A DNA stretch of 64,000 nucleotides from contig JAMASZ010000056.1 of assembly GCA_023301585.1 (NCBI GenBank), positions 729 to 64,728 on the forward strand, in the 5' to 3' direction. A program made the position numbers and the translations under genes. This document shows, in pieces, positions 35,346 to 44,354 of this stretch (positions within the stretch are counted from its first letter, which is position 1; the number at the start of each line of letters is the position of its first letter). Source of the stretch: Alphaproteobacteria bacterium (GTDB taxonomy: Bacteria > Pseudomonadota > Alphaproteobacteria > Micavibrionales > Micavibrionaceae). Below the pieces are notes generated by a model, which saw only the letters and a program-made list of their open reading frames with translations, made no database searches and was not told the DNA's origin.

Positions 35346-35729
35346 CTATTTTTTCGACGCCGAGGCCTGTGTCATCCATGGCCACGTTTCCGGCCCGCCG
35401 TCGTTCTCTTCGATGATGGACTCTTTGATGGCGGGGTACACGCGTCTCTTCATGTGATCGGCGAAATGACGTCCGCCGTGGAACCATGTATGTTTTGATT
35501 CCTCTGTGGCCGCAGCGCGACATCGTTCTTTGTAGTCGGTGAAGTTGTGGAGCCAATGCATGGTGGCACATTCTCTGGCGACCTTGGCGCCGGTCCACTC
35601 GGGTGATGTTTGGCCGCTGATGAAACAAGAACACAGTCTGCTGTCGTATCGTAGCAGCAAGTTCAACTTTCTTAACTCTTCTTCCAGCTCCTTTTTCTTG
35701 TCGGCTCGCTGCAACCGAAAATCGTGCAT
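35346..35729 (-). CDS. Hypothetical protein
   Basis: Track start is TTG; first ATG 35729 (MHDFRLQRADKKK..), 127 aa. Confidence 0.45.
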   Translation of the reverse strand: MHDFRLQRADKKKELEEELRKLNLLLRYDSRLCSCFISGQTSPEWTGAKVARECATMHWLHNFTDYKERCRAAATEESKHTWFHGGRHFADHMKRRVYPAIKESIIEENDGGPETWPWMTQASASKK

Positions 35730-35798
35730 CTCGTTAAATTGTTGCAAAAATTGGTTCGTGTCTGCAATAATTTTAAATTATATTATATATACGAAAGA

Positions 35799-36086
35799 AT
35801 GGACGACGCGGTCACCGGTGCCGGCGCTCACCAGACGGGCAAAAGAGTGATGACACCGGCCATCGAAAACATGACCGTTAAGGAGGAGAGAGCATGCCTT
35901 TCTGAGATCCGTAAGCTGGGTCCAGAGATCGATCATCAGCACGTGCTGGCCAATGGGTGGACAACGGGAAGGTTTGCGTTAATGTACGTGACGGGCCAGC
36001 ATGTAAAAAGGAAGACAAAAAACAAAAAAACGGCTCCTCTATCATCGATCGATCGATCGATCGCAAATAATGAATCTACATCGTGA
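35799..36086 (+). CDS. Questionable small ORF
   Basis: First ATG 35799 (MDDAVTGAG..), 95 aa. The 3' end contains a (GATC)n run and overlaps the next gene's 3' end by 11 nt. Confidence 0.25.
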   Translation: MDDAVTGAGAHQTGKRVMTPAIENMTVKEERACLSEIRKLGPEIDHQHVLANGWTTGRFALMYVTGQHVKRKTKNKKTAPLSSIDRSIANNESTS

Positions 36087-36750
36087 TCGTAACGTGACGG
36101 CGACTCCTAGAGTTCTGAAACAAGGCATCCATAATCTTCTCCAGGAACGAGGCTGTGGTGTACATGGCGTCGGCCGAGGCCTTGTCGACGGATCCCATTG
36201 ACACGGCTACCGAGTACAGTCTTGTCTCTCTTTCGGCCTGCGTCTTGGTCTGACCTTGCCATACGACGGCAAGATGGAAGTTCCACGACGACCTCTCGGA
36301 CTCGTAGGAGAAAACTTTCTCGGATTTAATCTTAACCCATTTGTACGAAGAGTCGTGGTACGTTCTTGACGTGTAGTCCAGATTCTCTCTCCGGACCTTC
36401 TGGATACTAAAATTAAACTTTTTACACTTCGTCGACCCATGTATTGTCTGTAAGACGTGCTCCTTGAAAACGAGTGTCCGCTGTCCTCTGTTGGTGTCGG
36501 AGACGATGATGTCGCTGACGGGGTGCCGAATGGTGTACTCGACGCCGCTGTTCCATGTGCTTACAGATTTCCATGTCGTAGAAGACTTCATGTGGTTGTG
36601 AATGTCTACGAATGTGGCGTTGTCGATGAAGAACTCTCCCCTGACTCGGATAGTTTCGTCGAGGTCTTCAAACAAAGACGACGCTCGGGAGACACAGTTT
36701 TCGTCGGTCGCTCCCTTGTAGTACAAGATTGACGGGCCTGTTTCACCCAT
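36076..36750 (-). CDS. Hypothetical beta-rich protein
   Basis: ATG 36750, 224 aa. Alternating-polarity strands (ETIRVRGEFFID, VEYTIRH, KFNFSIQKVRRE, WVKIKSEKVFSYE, WNFHLAVVWQG). No confident family. Confidence 0.55.
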   Translation of the reverse strand: MGETGPSILYYKGATDENCVSRASSLFEDLDETIRVRGEFFIDNATFVDIHNHMKSSTTWKSVSTWNSGVEYTIRHPVSDIIVSDTNRGQRTLVFKEHVLQTIHGSTKCKKFNFSIQKVRRENLDYTSRTYHDSSYKWVKIKSEKVFSYESERSSWNFHLAVVWQGQTKTQAERETRLYSVAVSMGSVDKASADAMYTTASFLEKIMDALFQNSRSRRHVTITM

Positions 36751-36875
36751 AGCACACGCCGCGGATCAGGTACGACCGGGAAACTTTTTTTTGTTTGGAG
36801 GCTTGTGTCTCAGGCAGATCGAGTTTTTGTGTAGCGCTGTGGTTATTTATATTCATAATAGGTTTACGGAAAACT

Positions 36876-37391
36876 ATGACGAGGTGGGATTGTGACGTAA
36901 AGCTCTGGCGAGGCGTGCCTTGCTCTTTCCCCGCCTTTCACGGATGGCCGGCTCCAATGTTCGACATCGTCCTTTCGTCGACCGCTTCTCTCAGATACAC
37001 GTGCTGTCCATCGTGTCTCAGGTGGGTGCCGGAAACACCGTGGTATCACGACTGCATGAAGCATGTTGTTTCGGTTCCGACCACCACCACCACCACCACC
37101 ACCAGATCAGTCGCGGCCGCCATCACCGCCAGGACCAAAACCGCCGAGTTGGTCAACATCGACACGTGTGGCTCCACTCTCTCGAACGATTCAGAATCTG
37201 AAGACGGGCCAAGATCACCGGTCTACGTCATTTCGACCGAGGAAAACTACAAAAATAACAGATGCAACCTTTGTCAGGATCTCTTTCGTTTGCAGTTCCT
37301 CCACGACATTGAAGACTGGGTATTTATGGATTGTGTCGAGCACGAAGGGTCGCTCGTTCACGAATGTTGCAGAGATATTGTGCTTGGTTGA
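36876..37391 (+). CDS. Hypothetical Cys-rich protein with poly-Thr tract and C-terminal CxxC..W..HxxC zinc-finger-like motif
   Basis: Track start is TTG; first ATG 36876 (MTRWDCDVKLW..). TTTTTTTT is encoded by (CCA)n. C-terminus: CNLCQDLFRLQFLHDIEDWVFMDCVEHEGSLVHECC. Confidence 0.45.
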   Translation: MTRWDCDVKLWRGVPCSFPAFHGWPAPMFDIVLSSTASLRYTCCPSCLRWVPETPWYHDCMKHVVSVPTTTTTTTTRSVAAAITARTKTAELVNIDTCGSTLSNDSESEDGPRSPVYVISTEENYKNNRCNLCQDLFRLQFLHDIEDWVFMDCVEHEGSLVHECCRDIVLG

Positions 37392-37477
37392 CCTGTACAT
37401 TTTACAATGTCGTTACTCGGATGAACCTATATGATGAAAAAAAATATTTTGTGTTATGAAAGGTCGTGAGAAGCAGA

Positions 37478-38479
37478 ATGTCTTCGACCCAAGAAGGTAC
37501 CACTTTGATTCTCGCGAGCGTAGCCGTATGTCTCCTCATCTACGTTATGAAACTCGAGTTTGACGGGCCTCGTGCTTACCCCCGTGTCGCGGGACTTGTC
37601 GGTGCGGTGAAGAGTGCCGTGGGTGCAAGCAGTGAGACAGACTGTTCCACCATCAACCCTGGGCACGCCGACTGGGCGAAATGCGCACAAGGATCCGCCA
37701 TGGGCCGAGTGCCGACAAAAGACCCCTCATCTGTGTTGAGAAACACCACCCTCGACTTCGTGAGCGACTCGATCAATTCCCAGGGACTCGGTGTGGGACG
37801 CCTTCAGGACGACTTCGTGAACGAACAGTATGCGAACAACAGTCTCGGCGCTCCTCGGCCCGGTGGGATGCGAATCAACAAGTCCAACCTAAAGAACAAC
37901 TCTTTCTTTTCCGCGGGCACGCAGAATGCCACAAAGCTCGTGACTTCGGGTATCAGCGACGGTGGGGCCGAGGCCTTTCCGTTTTTGAGAAAGAGTGACG
38001 GCGGGCGCGAAAAGTCCGACTCGTTCACACGCGCAAATGCATCGGGCGGTGTCCCCGGCACGGAAGCAGTCGGGATGGGGATGAAGATTTCCGAGCTGAA
38101 GAAACCAACTGTTTGGTCGGGTGGGGGCGTAAGCGATGGGGATGGACGTGGTATCAGTTCTTTCCGGTCCCAGGTGAACAAGAAGCTGGGCGTGGCTCCG
38201 TTCGAGGACGAGGGTGCTGAGTTCAATCCATTTGCAGGGACCACGACAGCCAGCCTCGGGGCAGGCCTCAAGATAAGCGAGGCGTACAAGGCTCCGCAGC
38301 TTGGTATGGGATCAAAGATTGACGAAGCTTATGGAAGCCTGGGCGCGGCCGTGTCTCCATTTTCGTCGGATGTTGGTGTGTCCCCCGGAGAAATATCGGC
38401 AGCAACGGCGTCTTTGTCGGACATCAACATTGTACAGAGCAAACCGGGTGGCCACATTGACCGTTTCATTCGTCCATAG
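37478..38479 (+). CDS. Hypothetical membrane-anchored Gly-rich protein with K-I-(S/D)-E repeats
   Basis: Track start is GTG; ATG 37478. N-terminal TM TTLILASVAVCLLIYVM. Repeats: GMGMKISELKKP, GAGLKISEAYKAP, GMGSKIDEAYGS. Confidence 0.5.
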   Translation: MSSTQEGTTLILASVAVCLLIYVMKLEFDGPRAYPRVAGLVGAVKSAVGASSETDCSTINPGHADWAKCAQGSAMGRVPTKDPSSVLRNTTLDFVSDSINSQGLGVGRLQDDFVNEQYANNSLGAPRPGGMRINKSNLKNNSFFSAGTQNATKLVTSGISDGGAEAFPFLRKSDGGREKSDSFTRANASGGVPGTEAVGMGMKISELKKPTVWSGGGVSDGDGRGISSFRSQVNKKLGVAPFEDEGAEFNPFAGTTTASLGAGLKISEAYKAPQLGMGSKIDEAYGSLGAAVSPFSSDVGVSPGEISAATASLSDINIVQSKPGGHIDRFIRP

Positions 38480-38543
38480 TTTGTTTACAACATTAGAATC
38501 AAGGAGTGGGGCGCATGGTGCCATTCCGATCTGTTGAGGAAGA

Positions 38544-39431
38544 ATGCGCTCCATCCAAAGTAGAAAACGTACGGCAGATGACGATATCAAATCAATTCAA
38601 CGTGTTTCGAACATTGGCATGACCCCAACGACGGTAACAGTTCCAGAAACACCGAGCACACCGATTGTGGTGTGGGAACATTCCAAGATTTCTAACAGCT
38701 CCGTCGACAGTCTCAGATACCATCTCCAATGGCCTCTTTCGTGCGACAAGCGTTGTCACAACTGTGCCCATTACTTCGAAGGCGTACCCGTTCCTCTGCC
38801 AGTGAGTAGAGACGACCTTCGCCAGGTATACTTTTGCGAAGGGAAGTTTTGTTCGTGGCAATGTGCAAAGTCATTTAACATGCGCGAGACGTCGCCGGCG
38901 GGCAAAGGCAATCGAAACATGTACATCGCCGTCTTGGCATACAAGACATGGATAAAATTGAAGCACCTTGTCCTCGACGACGTCTGCCGTGAAAAGATGA
39001 GAACATACTGCAACTACAGGATTGACCCTGCTCCTCCCAGGGCCACCCTCGTGGAGTTTGGAGGGACCGTCGCCATCGAAGAGTACCGCAAGAATTTCTG
39101 CGGGATCGTGCCGCCGTCTGAGATGATAAAAGAGATGGACCCAAAGTTGAACCTTCGTCTGATGGCCGTCCTCCCTTTCATCGACACAGACTCCGATGGT
39201 TCGGCACCCAGAGTCACGAAGAAGTCTGTTCAACTCATCGAGCCGATGCGATTTTCATCTGGGACCAAGCGCATTGAGACAAACCGTGTTCAAGAGTTCA
39301 ACAACTCTTTTGTGGATAGACTGAAGCGAGCCAAGGTCGACCCGGCCATCATGCGTCGGAAAAAGAAACCGGAGTTTTCAAACACACTTCTGTCTTCCAT
39401 GGGTATTGAAATCAAGAAAAGGTCAAAGTGA
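38544..39431 (+). CDS. VLTF2-like transcription factor (MYM/TRASH-type zinc finger)
   Basis: ATG 38544. CHNCAHYFEGVPVPLPVSRD..VYFCEGKFCSWQCAKSF matches the NCLDV VLTF2/A1L-type finger. Confidence 0.7.
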   Translation: MRSIQSRKRTADDDIKSIQRVSNIGMTPTTVTVPETPSTPIVVWEHSKISNSSVDSLRYHLQWPLSCDKRCHNCAHYFEGVPVPLPVSRDDLRQVYFCEGKFCSWQCAKSFNMRETSPAGKGNRNMYIAVLAYKTWIKLKHLVLDDVCREKMRTYCNYRIDPAPPRATLVEFGGTVAIEEYRKNFCGIVPPSEMIKEMDPKLNLRLMAVLPFIDTDSDGSAPRVTKKSVQLIEPMRFSSGTKRIETNRVQEFNNSFVDRLKRAKVDPAIMRRKKKPEFSNTLLSSMGIEIKKRSK

Positions 39432-39884
39432 TTCTGCTGAGTTGTCCGCATTTGCACACACGACTGATTCGCCACGCAGGGCCTTTCTGGGCTGGACGGC
39501 GTACTGAGAGTAGTTTTTGTCCTCCGAGCGGGCCTCGCGTTCCCTTCTGTTGGTCCTACCGTACTTGTGAGCTGGTTGTCTGTGTTGTGGTTCTCGACGC
39601 ATCGGAGGCGGCAGCGGCATCGGCATCGGCGTCACCATCGGCGCCACCATCGGCGTCAACATCGGCGTTTGCGGCGTCTGCATCGGCGTCTGCGTCGGCG
39701 TCTGCATCAGCCTCTGCGCATGCCTCGATCCTCCTGTGCCCATCATCCGACGGACTTCAGCCTCTCTTTTACGAACTTCTTGTTCTCGCTTGCCGAGGAG
39801 TGCCTCTCTGGACGAGAGAGCCATCCACCTCTTCTCGATCTCGGCGAACTCGTCTCTGGCCGAGCGAAAGTTCAAGTCATTCAT
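39423..39884 (-). CDS. Hypothetical protein with (Q/M)TP repeat
   Basis: ATG 39884. Coiled N-terminus, then MQTPTQTPMQTPQTPMLTPMVAPMVTPMPMPLPPP. Overlaps the VLTF2-like 3' end by 9 nt. Confidence 0.4.
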   Translation of the reverse strand: MNDLNFRSARDEFAEIEKRWMALSSREALLGKREQEVRKREAEVRRMMGTGGSRHAQRLMQTPTQTPMQTPQTPMLTPMVAPMVTPMPMPLPPPMRREPQHRQPAHKYGRTNRREREARSEDKNYSQYAVQPRKALRGESVVCANADNSAESL

Positions 39885-39968
39885 TGGTAGGAATCATGAC
39901 ATCAATAAACATATTATTTCACACGGCCTTGACGAACAGGCACAAAATTACGAGAAAAATGTTTTCCT

Positions 39969-40208
39969 ATGGGGAACATCGAGCACGTGGCTGCGATGGA
40001 CGGAAATTTCGGTGGACGCGGTGTGACACTCGTTAATGGGACCTCGGCCACAGGGGGAGAGTCCTTTTTCACCCTTATTAACGGGTCTAGGGCGTGGCGG
40101 TTCAGAATTCCTTCTGCGCAAGAGAGCTTTGAAAACGCCCTGGTCCTCGAGGTCAAGCAAGGAACAAATTGGTATCCAGCCCAACACTTCGTGGTCACGG
40201 ATGACTGA
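39969..40208 (+). CDS. Questionable small ORF
   Basis: ATG 39969, 79 aa. Convergent 14-nt overlap with the next gene. Confidence 0.3.
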   Translation: MGNIEHVAAMDGNFGGRGVTLVNGTSATGGESFFTLINGSRAWRFRIPSAQESFENALVLEVKQGTNWYPAQHFVVTDD

Positions 40209-40575
40209 GTTGTTGGTCGCGACCTTTGCGGATGCTCAGTGTCTTTTCACTATTGTCGAGGAGCGTCTTCAAGCGAGACTCGAATACGTATTCGTATAGC
40301 TTGATGCAAAAGAACGTGTAGGCCATGTATATAATGACGAGTCCGTACACCGAGACCACGAAGGCCTCAAACTTCCGGCGAATTAGTTCTTCGCATGCGA
40401 AGATGGATTGATCGGAAGACGACCAGAAGAGAGCATCGATGTTCGTCAGCTCGTAGCAAATATTTTCTTCGCTCAAACCTTCCCACAGATAAATAAATCG
40501 TGGCCCCCTTCTGTAGAGAGTCTTTAGTGGCCACTTGATACACTCCCATAAAATCTCCTTCAGCTGACTGATCAT
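40195..40575 (-). CDS. Small hypothetical membrane protein
   Basis: ATG 40575, 126 aa. One TM: AFVVSVYGLVIIYMAYTFFCI. Confidence 0.4.
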   Translation of the reverse strand: MISQLKEILWECIKWPLKTLYRRGPRFIYLWEGLSEENICYELTNIDALFWSSSDQSIFACEELIRRKFEAFVVSVYGLVIIYMAYTFFCIKLYEYVFESRLKTLLDNSEKTLSIRKGRDQQLSHP

Positions 40576-40651
40576 TTCTTCTTCTAACGCTAAACTCTCA
40601 TAATATTCGTGTCAATGTACGCTACATCCAATCAATGAACCAATCAATGCA

Positions 40652-43600
40652 TCAACACTTCTGTCTTTTATTAAAGAAGCTAGTAATCTCTCTCCTCCCG
40701 TGGTTCGAGTTCGAAGTCCTCCTCTGAGCGTCTACGAACAAGCTCGCGGGTGACTCGATCACGTGCTGCAGCAGGTCAACCATGGGGTTTCGAAGCTGGT
40801 GGTCTATGTAGTACAGGAAGTCAGGCTTGCATCTCCCGATGTTCACCATGCGGGGGTCTTCCGCCCTGGAGCTGATGTCCCCCCTGCCGGTCGTGATGAC
40901 ATAGGGGATCCTTTCCCCCAAGGTAGGGGGGTCCCAGTCGACGATGTCGTACTTGACGAACGACATGTACCTTTCGCCCAACCGGTGAGCGTTACCGATC
41001 CCGGCCGAAATGAGCCCGATGGTGGTCGAGTATTGGTCGTCCTTCAAGACGGTCTCGACGTCGTCATACAGCTGGCGCAGCGACCTCACCGCGTACGCCT
41101 CGGCCTTGAAGGGGCTCGTCGCGTCCCCCTTGATGGATACAATCATGTCTTGCATCGGTATGTCTTTCCCAGCTCGTGCCGACAGGTACGTCCGGAGGTT
41201 GTTCATGTTGGACCACGTCCGAGACAGCAGGGTGTCGTCGTAACCACCGGGAGTCTCGTACGCTTCTTTGACGTACTCGCGAAAGACGGCCTGCTCCTTG
41301 GTGCGCTCCAGCACCTTGAGAGCAAGCGTGGCATGCGGAGATGGCGTCTTGTAGACCCACTGCTTCAACTCTTTTCTGATCGTCAGGTCCTCGATGGAGA
41401 TGTCGCCTCTCTCCAGCCTGAGCAGCGTTTCCGTGACGTGACTCCTGACGGCCCTCCTCCCGTCCGTTACGCCCACGTCCATCAGCATGTGGATGGCCTC
41501 CGAGGCGCATCTCCCCACGAACGGGGCGTTGTCGCGTCTGACAGTGACCAATCCTTTCATGGTCATGGAGGGTGGTCCCTCCACCGTCTCCCACGACAGA
41601 CCAGCGTATCGTTTCTTGGACACTAATAGATATTTGAAGTAGATGTTCTCGAACTCGAGGAGGATCGGGTGGCCAAACATGTTCGAGATTTCCTTCGAAA
41701 CCTTCTTGCCCATCTCGAAGCAGTACCGCATCTTGTCTCGAAGGTCGTGTATTTTCCTGTGCTCGGGGAAGATGACCATGACCGAGTCCGTGTCGCCGTA
41801 GATGACGTTGCACCCGTGCTCCGTCTCGGCATACTCCTTGGTTCGCTTGATCATGTCTCGACCGGTTGAGGTGACGGCAGCGGCTATCTCGACGAGGGGG
41901 AGCATGCCGTTGTTGACGGTGCCGGTAAAGCCGTAGATTGAGTTCATCGTCACCTTCTGAGCCTTCTGCTTCGAGTCCAGCAGCGAGTACGCGAACGGGT
42001 CTTTCTCCGACTTCATCAGCTTCTTGGTGGCTTTCCTCTCCTCGCCCAAGACCTCTTCCAGCTCGCAGAGAATGCTCTTGGACTCTGGGCGGTGCGCGAA
42101 GGTGGCGTTGACCCCGTCGGAGATCTCGTGATCTTCGTACACGACTCCCTCGATTCCTCGAAACTTGTCTTCCTTCACAATCGTGGTGTAACACAGCTGC
42201 TTCAGCCGCATGATGCTCGGGTACAGCGACGCGAAGTCCATCGTCACGACGGGATCCTTTTCGTAAAAGCCTTTCTTGGCGTCGATGACAGACGCACCTT
42301 TGTACCCCTCGTTCTGAACCTGCTTCCCATCGGCCATGAACTTCTTCTTGGCCGGTGTGTAGTTGCAGACGAACTCTCCATGTGTCCGGTTCAGTATCAG
42401 ACTCATGCACTTGATCTGCTGGCCTCTCCCGACGATGTAGGTGAGTGGGACGGTGCACAGCTTCGCCATTGCCGTCGCGTCGTACACCTCTTTGATCTTA
42501 TCCAGCAACTTGAGAACGAGGCCGCTGTCCTGGTAGCAGTACTTGGCGATGATGCCGAGCTTGTGCGGATCCTTCGACGTGCACGCCTTGACGATGTCCT
42601 TGTAGGTGACGTCGTCTTTCTTGCCACCGAAGAACTTCTCGCACACGGCGTTCAGCTTGTAGCTAGAGAGTTTCTGGGACCTTCTCATCACCATGAAGAG
42701 ATCTATCTCCACGCGACCCGGGATGATGATTTGCTTCAGCTCGTTCTTCCCCAGGGCGGCGCTCTGCAGAGTCTTGACTTCGAGATCGCAGGCCAGATCC
42801 TTGATGAAACTCAGTTTCTTGAACCCACTCATGCCGTACTTCTCGGCCCTTTTGTAGAGAAACGCCGAGTCGAACTTGAACGTGTTGTAGCCGCACAGAA
42901 TGTTGCACCCGCGCTCGATTAAGATCTCCCTGAACTTGTCCAACAGATCCAGCTCGTTCTCGACGACCAAGATGGGGGTCCCGTCAATAGACTCCGTTGC
43001 GCCCACGCAGATCACGACGCCGTCCGTGTAAGCTTCCACGGCATGACCGTCGCCGCCGACGCCGCCGGACTCCTCGCCCAGCCTCGCGAAAATCATAGAC
43101 ACCTGGAAAATGTAGTCGTCGTTCGTGTTCAAGCCCGAAGTCTCCAGATCGTACGAGCAGATTGTCATCGGCGGTGGCTTCCGGTCCGAGATTGTGTCGT
43201 CGTCGTCGTCGTCGTCGTTGTCTCCGAGGGGCCGAATGTTCTTGAAGTCCACGACAAACTCTTTGGCGCAATGCGTCTTCCTCGCCTTGTCGGCAACCTG
43301 CACATAGTTCTCCATCCTGAAGTACGAAGACGGACGGACGCCGCTGGCGTGGAAGAACTTCAGGACCGAGTCGACGCTCTTGGATTCGTACACGCACATC
43401 CCGGGGTACTTGTTCAGGTCGACCGACATGCCCGGAGCGGGTTCTCTCGTACCACAGAGCTCATCGAGGTGCTTGCGGACCACGTACAACGCGATCGTTC
43501 CGGTAAACTCCATGAGGATGTAGGGAAACAGACTTCCGTCCGAGAATCCGATCAGTCTTTTCCTCTTTACCAAGGATACCCTGAACACGCTCCTGAACCA

Positions 43601-43804
43601 CTTCTCCCGCTTGAATTTCTCGATGTAGTTCATCCTCACACATTCCTCCGTGATGTCAAAGTCGAATCCCACGTACAGGTAAGTCTTGAAGTTTTTCACG
43701 CTCACAAAAACATTCGTGCCGTCTGCTTCCATCGTGAAAAGCTGCATCACGGGGTCCGTAAACGAAGCACTGTCGTCGCGGATGTCGTGCAAGTAAAGGT
43801 CCAT
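40652..43804 (-). CDS. polB: Family-B (delta-like) DNA polymerase
   Basis: Track start is GTG; first ATG 43804 (MDLYLHDIRDD). ExoI ICSYDLETSG, ExoII GYNTFKFDSAF, ExoIII YCYQDSGL. Pol motif A DFASLYPSIM, motif B KVTMNSIYGFTG, motif C IYGDTDSVM. No intein-sized insertion. Confidence 0.95.
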   Translation of the reverse strand: MDLYLHDIRDDSASFTDPVMQLFTMEADGTNVFVSVKNFKTYLYVGFDFDITEECVRMNYIEKFKREKWFRSVFRVSLVKRKRLIGFSDGSLFPYILMEFTGTIALYVVRKHLDELCGTREPAPGMSVDLNKYPGMCVYESKSVDSVLKFFHASGVRPSSYFRMENYVQVADKARKTHCAKEFVVDFKNIRPLGDNDDDDDDDTISDRKPPPMTICSYDLETSGLNTNDDYIFQVSMIFARLGEESGGVGGDGHAVEAYTDGVVICVGATESIDGTPILVVENELDLLDKFREILIERGCNILCGYNTFKFDSAFLYKRAEKYGMSGFKKLSFIKDLACDLEVKTLQSAALGKNELKQIIIPGRVEIDLFMVMRRSQKLSSYKLNAVCEKFFGGKKDDVTYKDIVKACTSKDPHKLGIIAKYCYQDSGLVLKLLDKIKEVYDATAMAKLCTVPLTYIVGRGQQIKCMSLILNRTHGEFVCNYTPAKKKFMADGKQVQNEGYKGASVIDAKKGFYEKDPVVTMDFASLYPSIMRLKQLCYTTIVKEDKFRGIEGVVYEDHEISDGVNATFAHRPESKSILCELEEVLGEERKATKKLMKSEKDPFAYSLLDSKQKAQKVTMNSIYGFTGTVNNGMLPLVEIAAAVTSTGRDMIKRTKEYAETEHGCNVIYGDTDSVMVIFPEHRKIHDLRDKMRYCFEMGKKVSKEISNMFGHPILLEFENIYFKYLLVSKKRYAGLSWETVEGPPSMTMKGLVTVRRDNAPFVGRCASEAIHMLMDVGVTDGRRAVRSHVTETLLRLERGDISIEDLTIRKELKQWVYKTPSPHATLALKVLERTKEQAVFREYVKEAYETPGGYDDTLLSRTWSNMNNLRTYLSARAGKDIPMQDMIVSIKGDATSPFKAEAYAVRSLRQLYDDVETVLKDDQYSTTIGLISAGIGNAHRLGERYMSFVKYDIVDWDPPTLGERIPYVITTGRGDISSRAEDPRMVNIGRCKPDFLYYIDHQLRNPMVDLLQHVIESPASLFVDAQRRTSNSNHGRREITSFFNKRQKC

Positions 43805-43892
43805 CTTTTTGCACGGTTGCCCCACTTCTTCGAATGTGTGTGATCAGCTCTGAGGCCACGACCAGTTGTTTCTCGATCTGTTTGTTACGAGT

Positions 43893-44270
43893 TCACTTTC
43901 GGATATGACCAAACTCGCGTGGGTAATTTTGACGCATGGTTGCAAAAACCTGTGCAGACGTGGGTGGTAAAAAGGATGATATTTGTTGCCGTTGTCGGTG
44001 GAACTGAGCTTGCGGCTTGAGCTGGTACTGGTATCCCGTCGTCTGTGTGGGCACGCCCATCGAAGCGTGAAATACTTTTTCCGCAGTAAATGTTTTGAGG
44101 TTTTCCTGGTGCTTGTCCCACTGCTTCTGCCACATGGTGCCATCTGCATTGCACTCGCTCTTCATGTAGTCCGGGCAGAACCCGGAGGTGTACATGGGGT
44201 TAGGGTAGTACCCGTCGAGAGTTTGGGAGCACACCAGATCGCACAACTCCTCGTCTCCGATGTCGGACAT
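43893..44270 (-). CDS. Small Cys-containing hypothetical protein
   Basis: ATG 44270, 125 aa (MSDIGDEELCDLVCSQTLDGYYPNP..CPDYMKSEC..). Confidence 0.45.
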   Translation of the reverse strand: MSDIGDEELCDLVCSQTLDGYYPNPMYTSGFCPDYMKSECNADGTMWQKQWDKHQENLKTFTAEKVFHASMGVPTQTTGYQYQLKPQAQFHRQRQQISSFLPPTSAQVFATMRQNYPREFGHIRK

Positions 44271-44354
44271 GCTTTGGTCGTAGTAGACAAGGAGGATGTT
44301 ATATTATCAGCACTACATTTTTATTTCGTGTTTGTGTCAAAAAAAAAATTTGAA

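Noticed and set aside
36076-36750. Possible triphosphate-tunnel (Cet1/CYTH-like) RNA triphosphatase
   Set aside because: The alternating beta-strand pattern is suggestive. However, the two glutamate-rich signature strands (ExExK/R at the start, ExE near the end) are not present (ETIRVRG, YSVAVSMG). No capping enzyme or RNA polymerase genes accompany it. Left as hypothetical.
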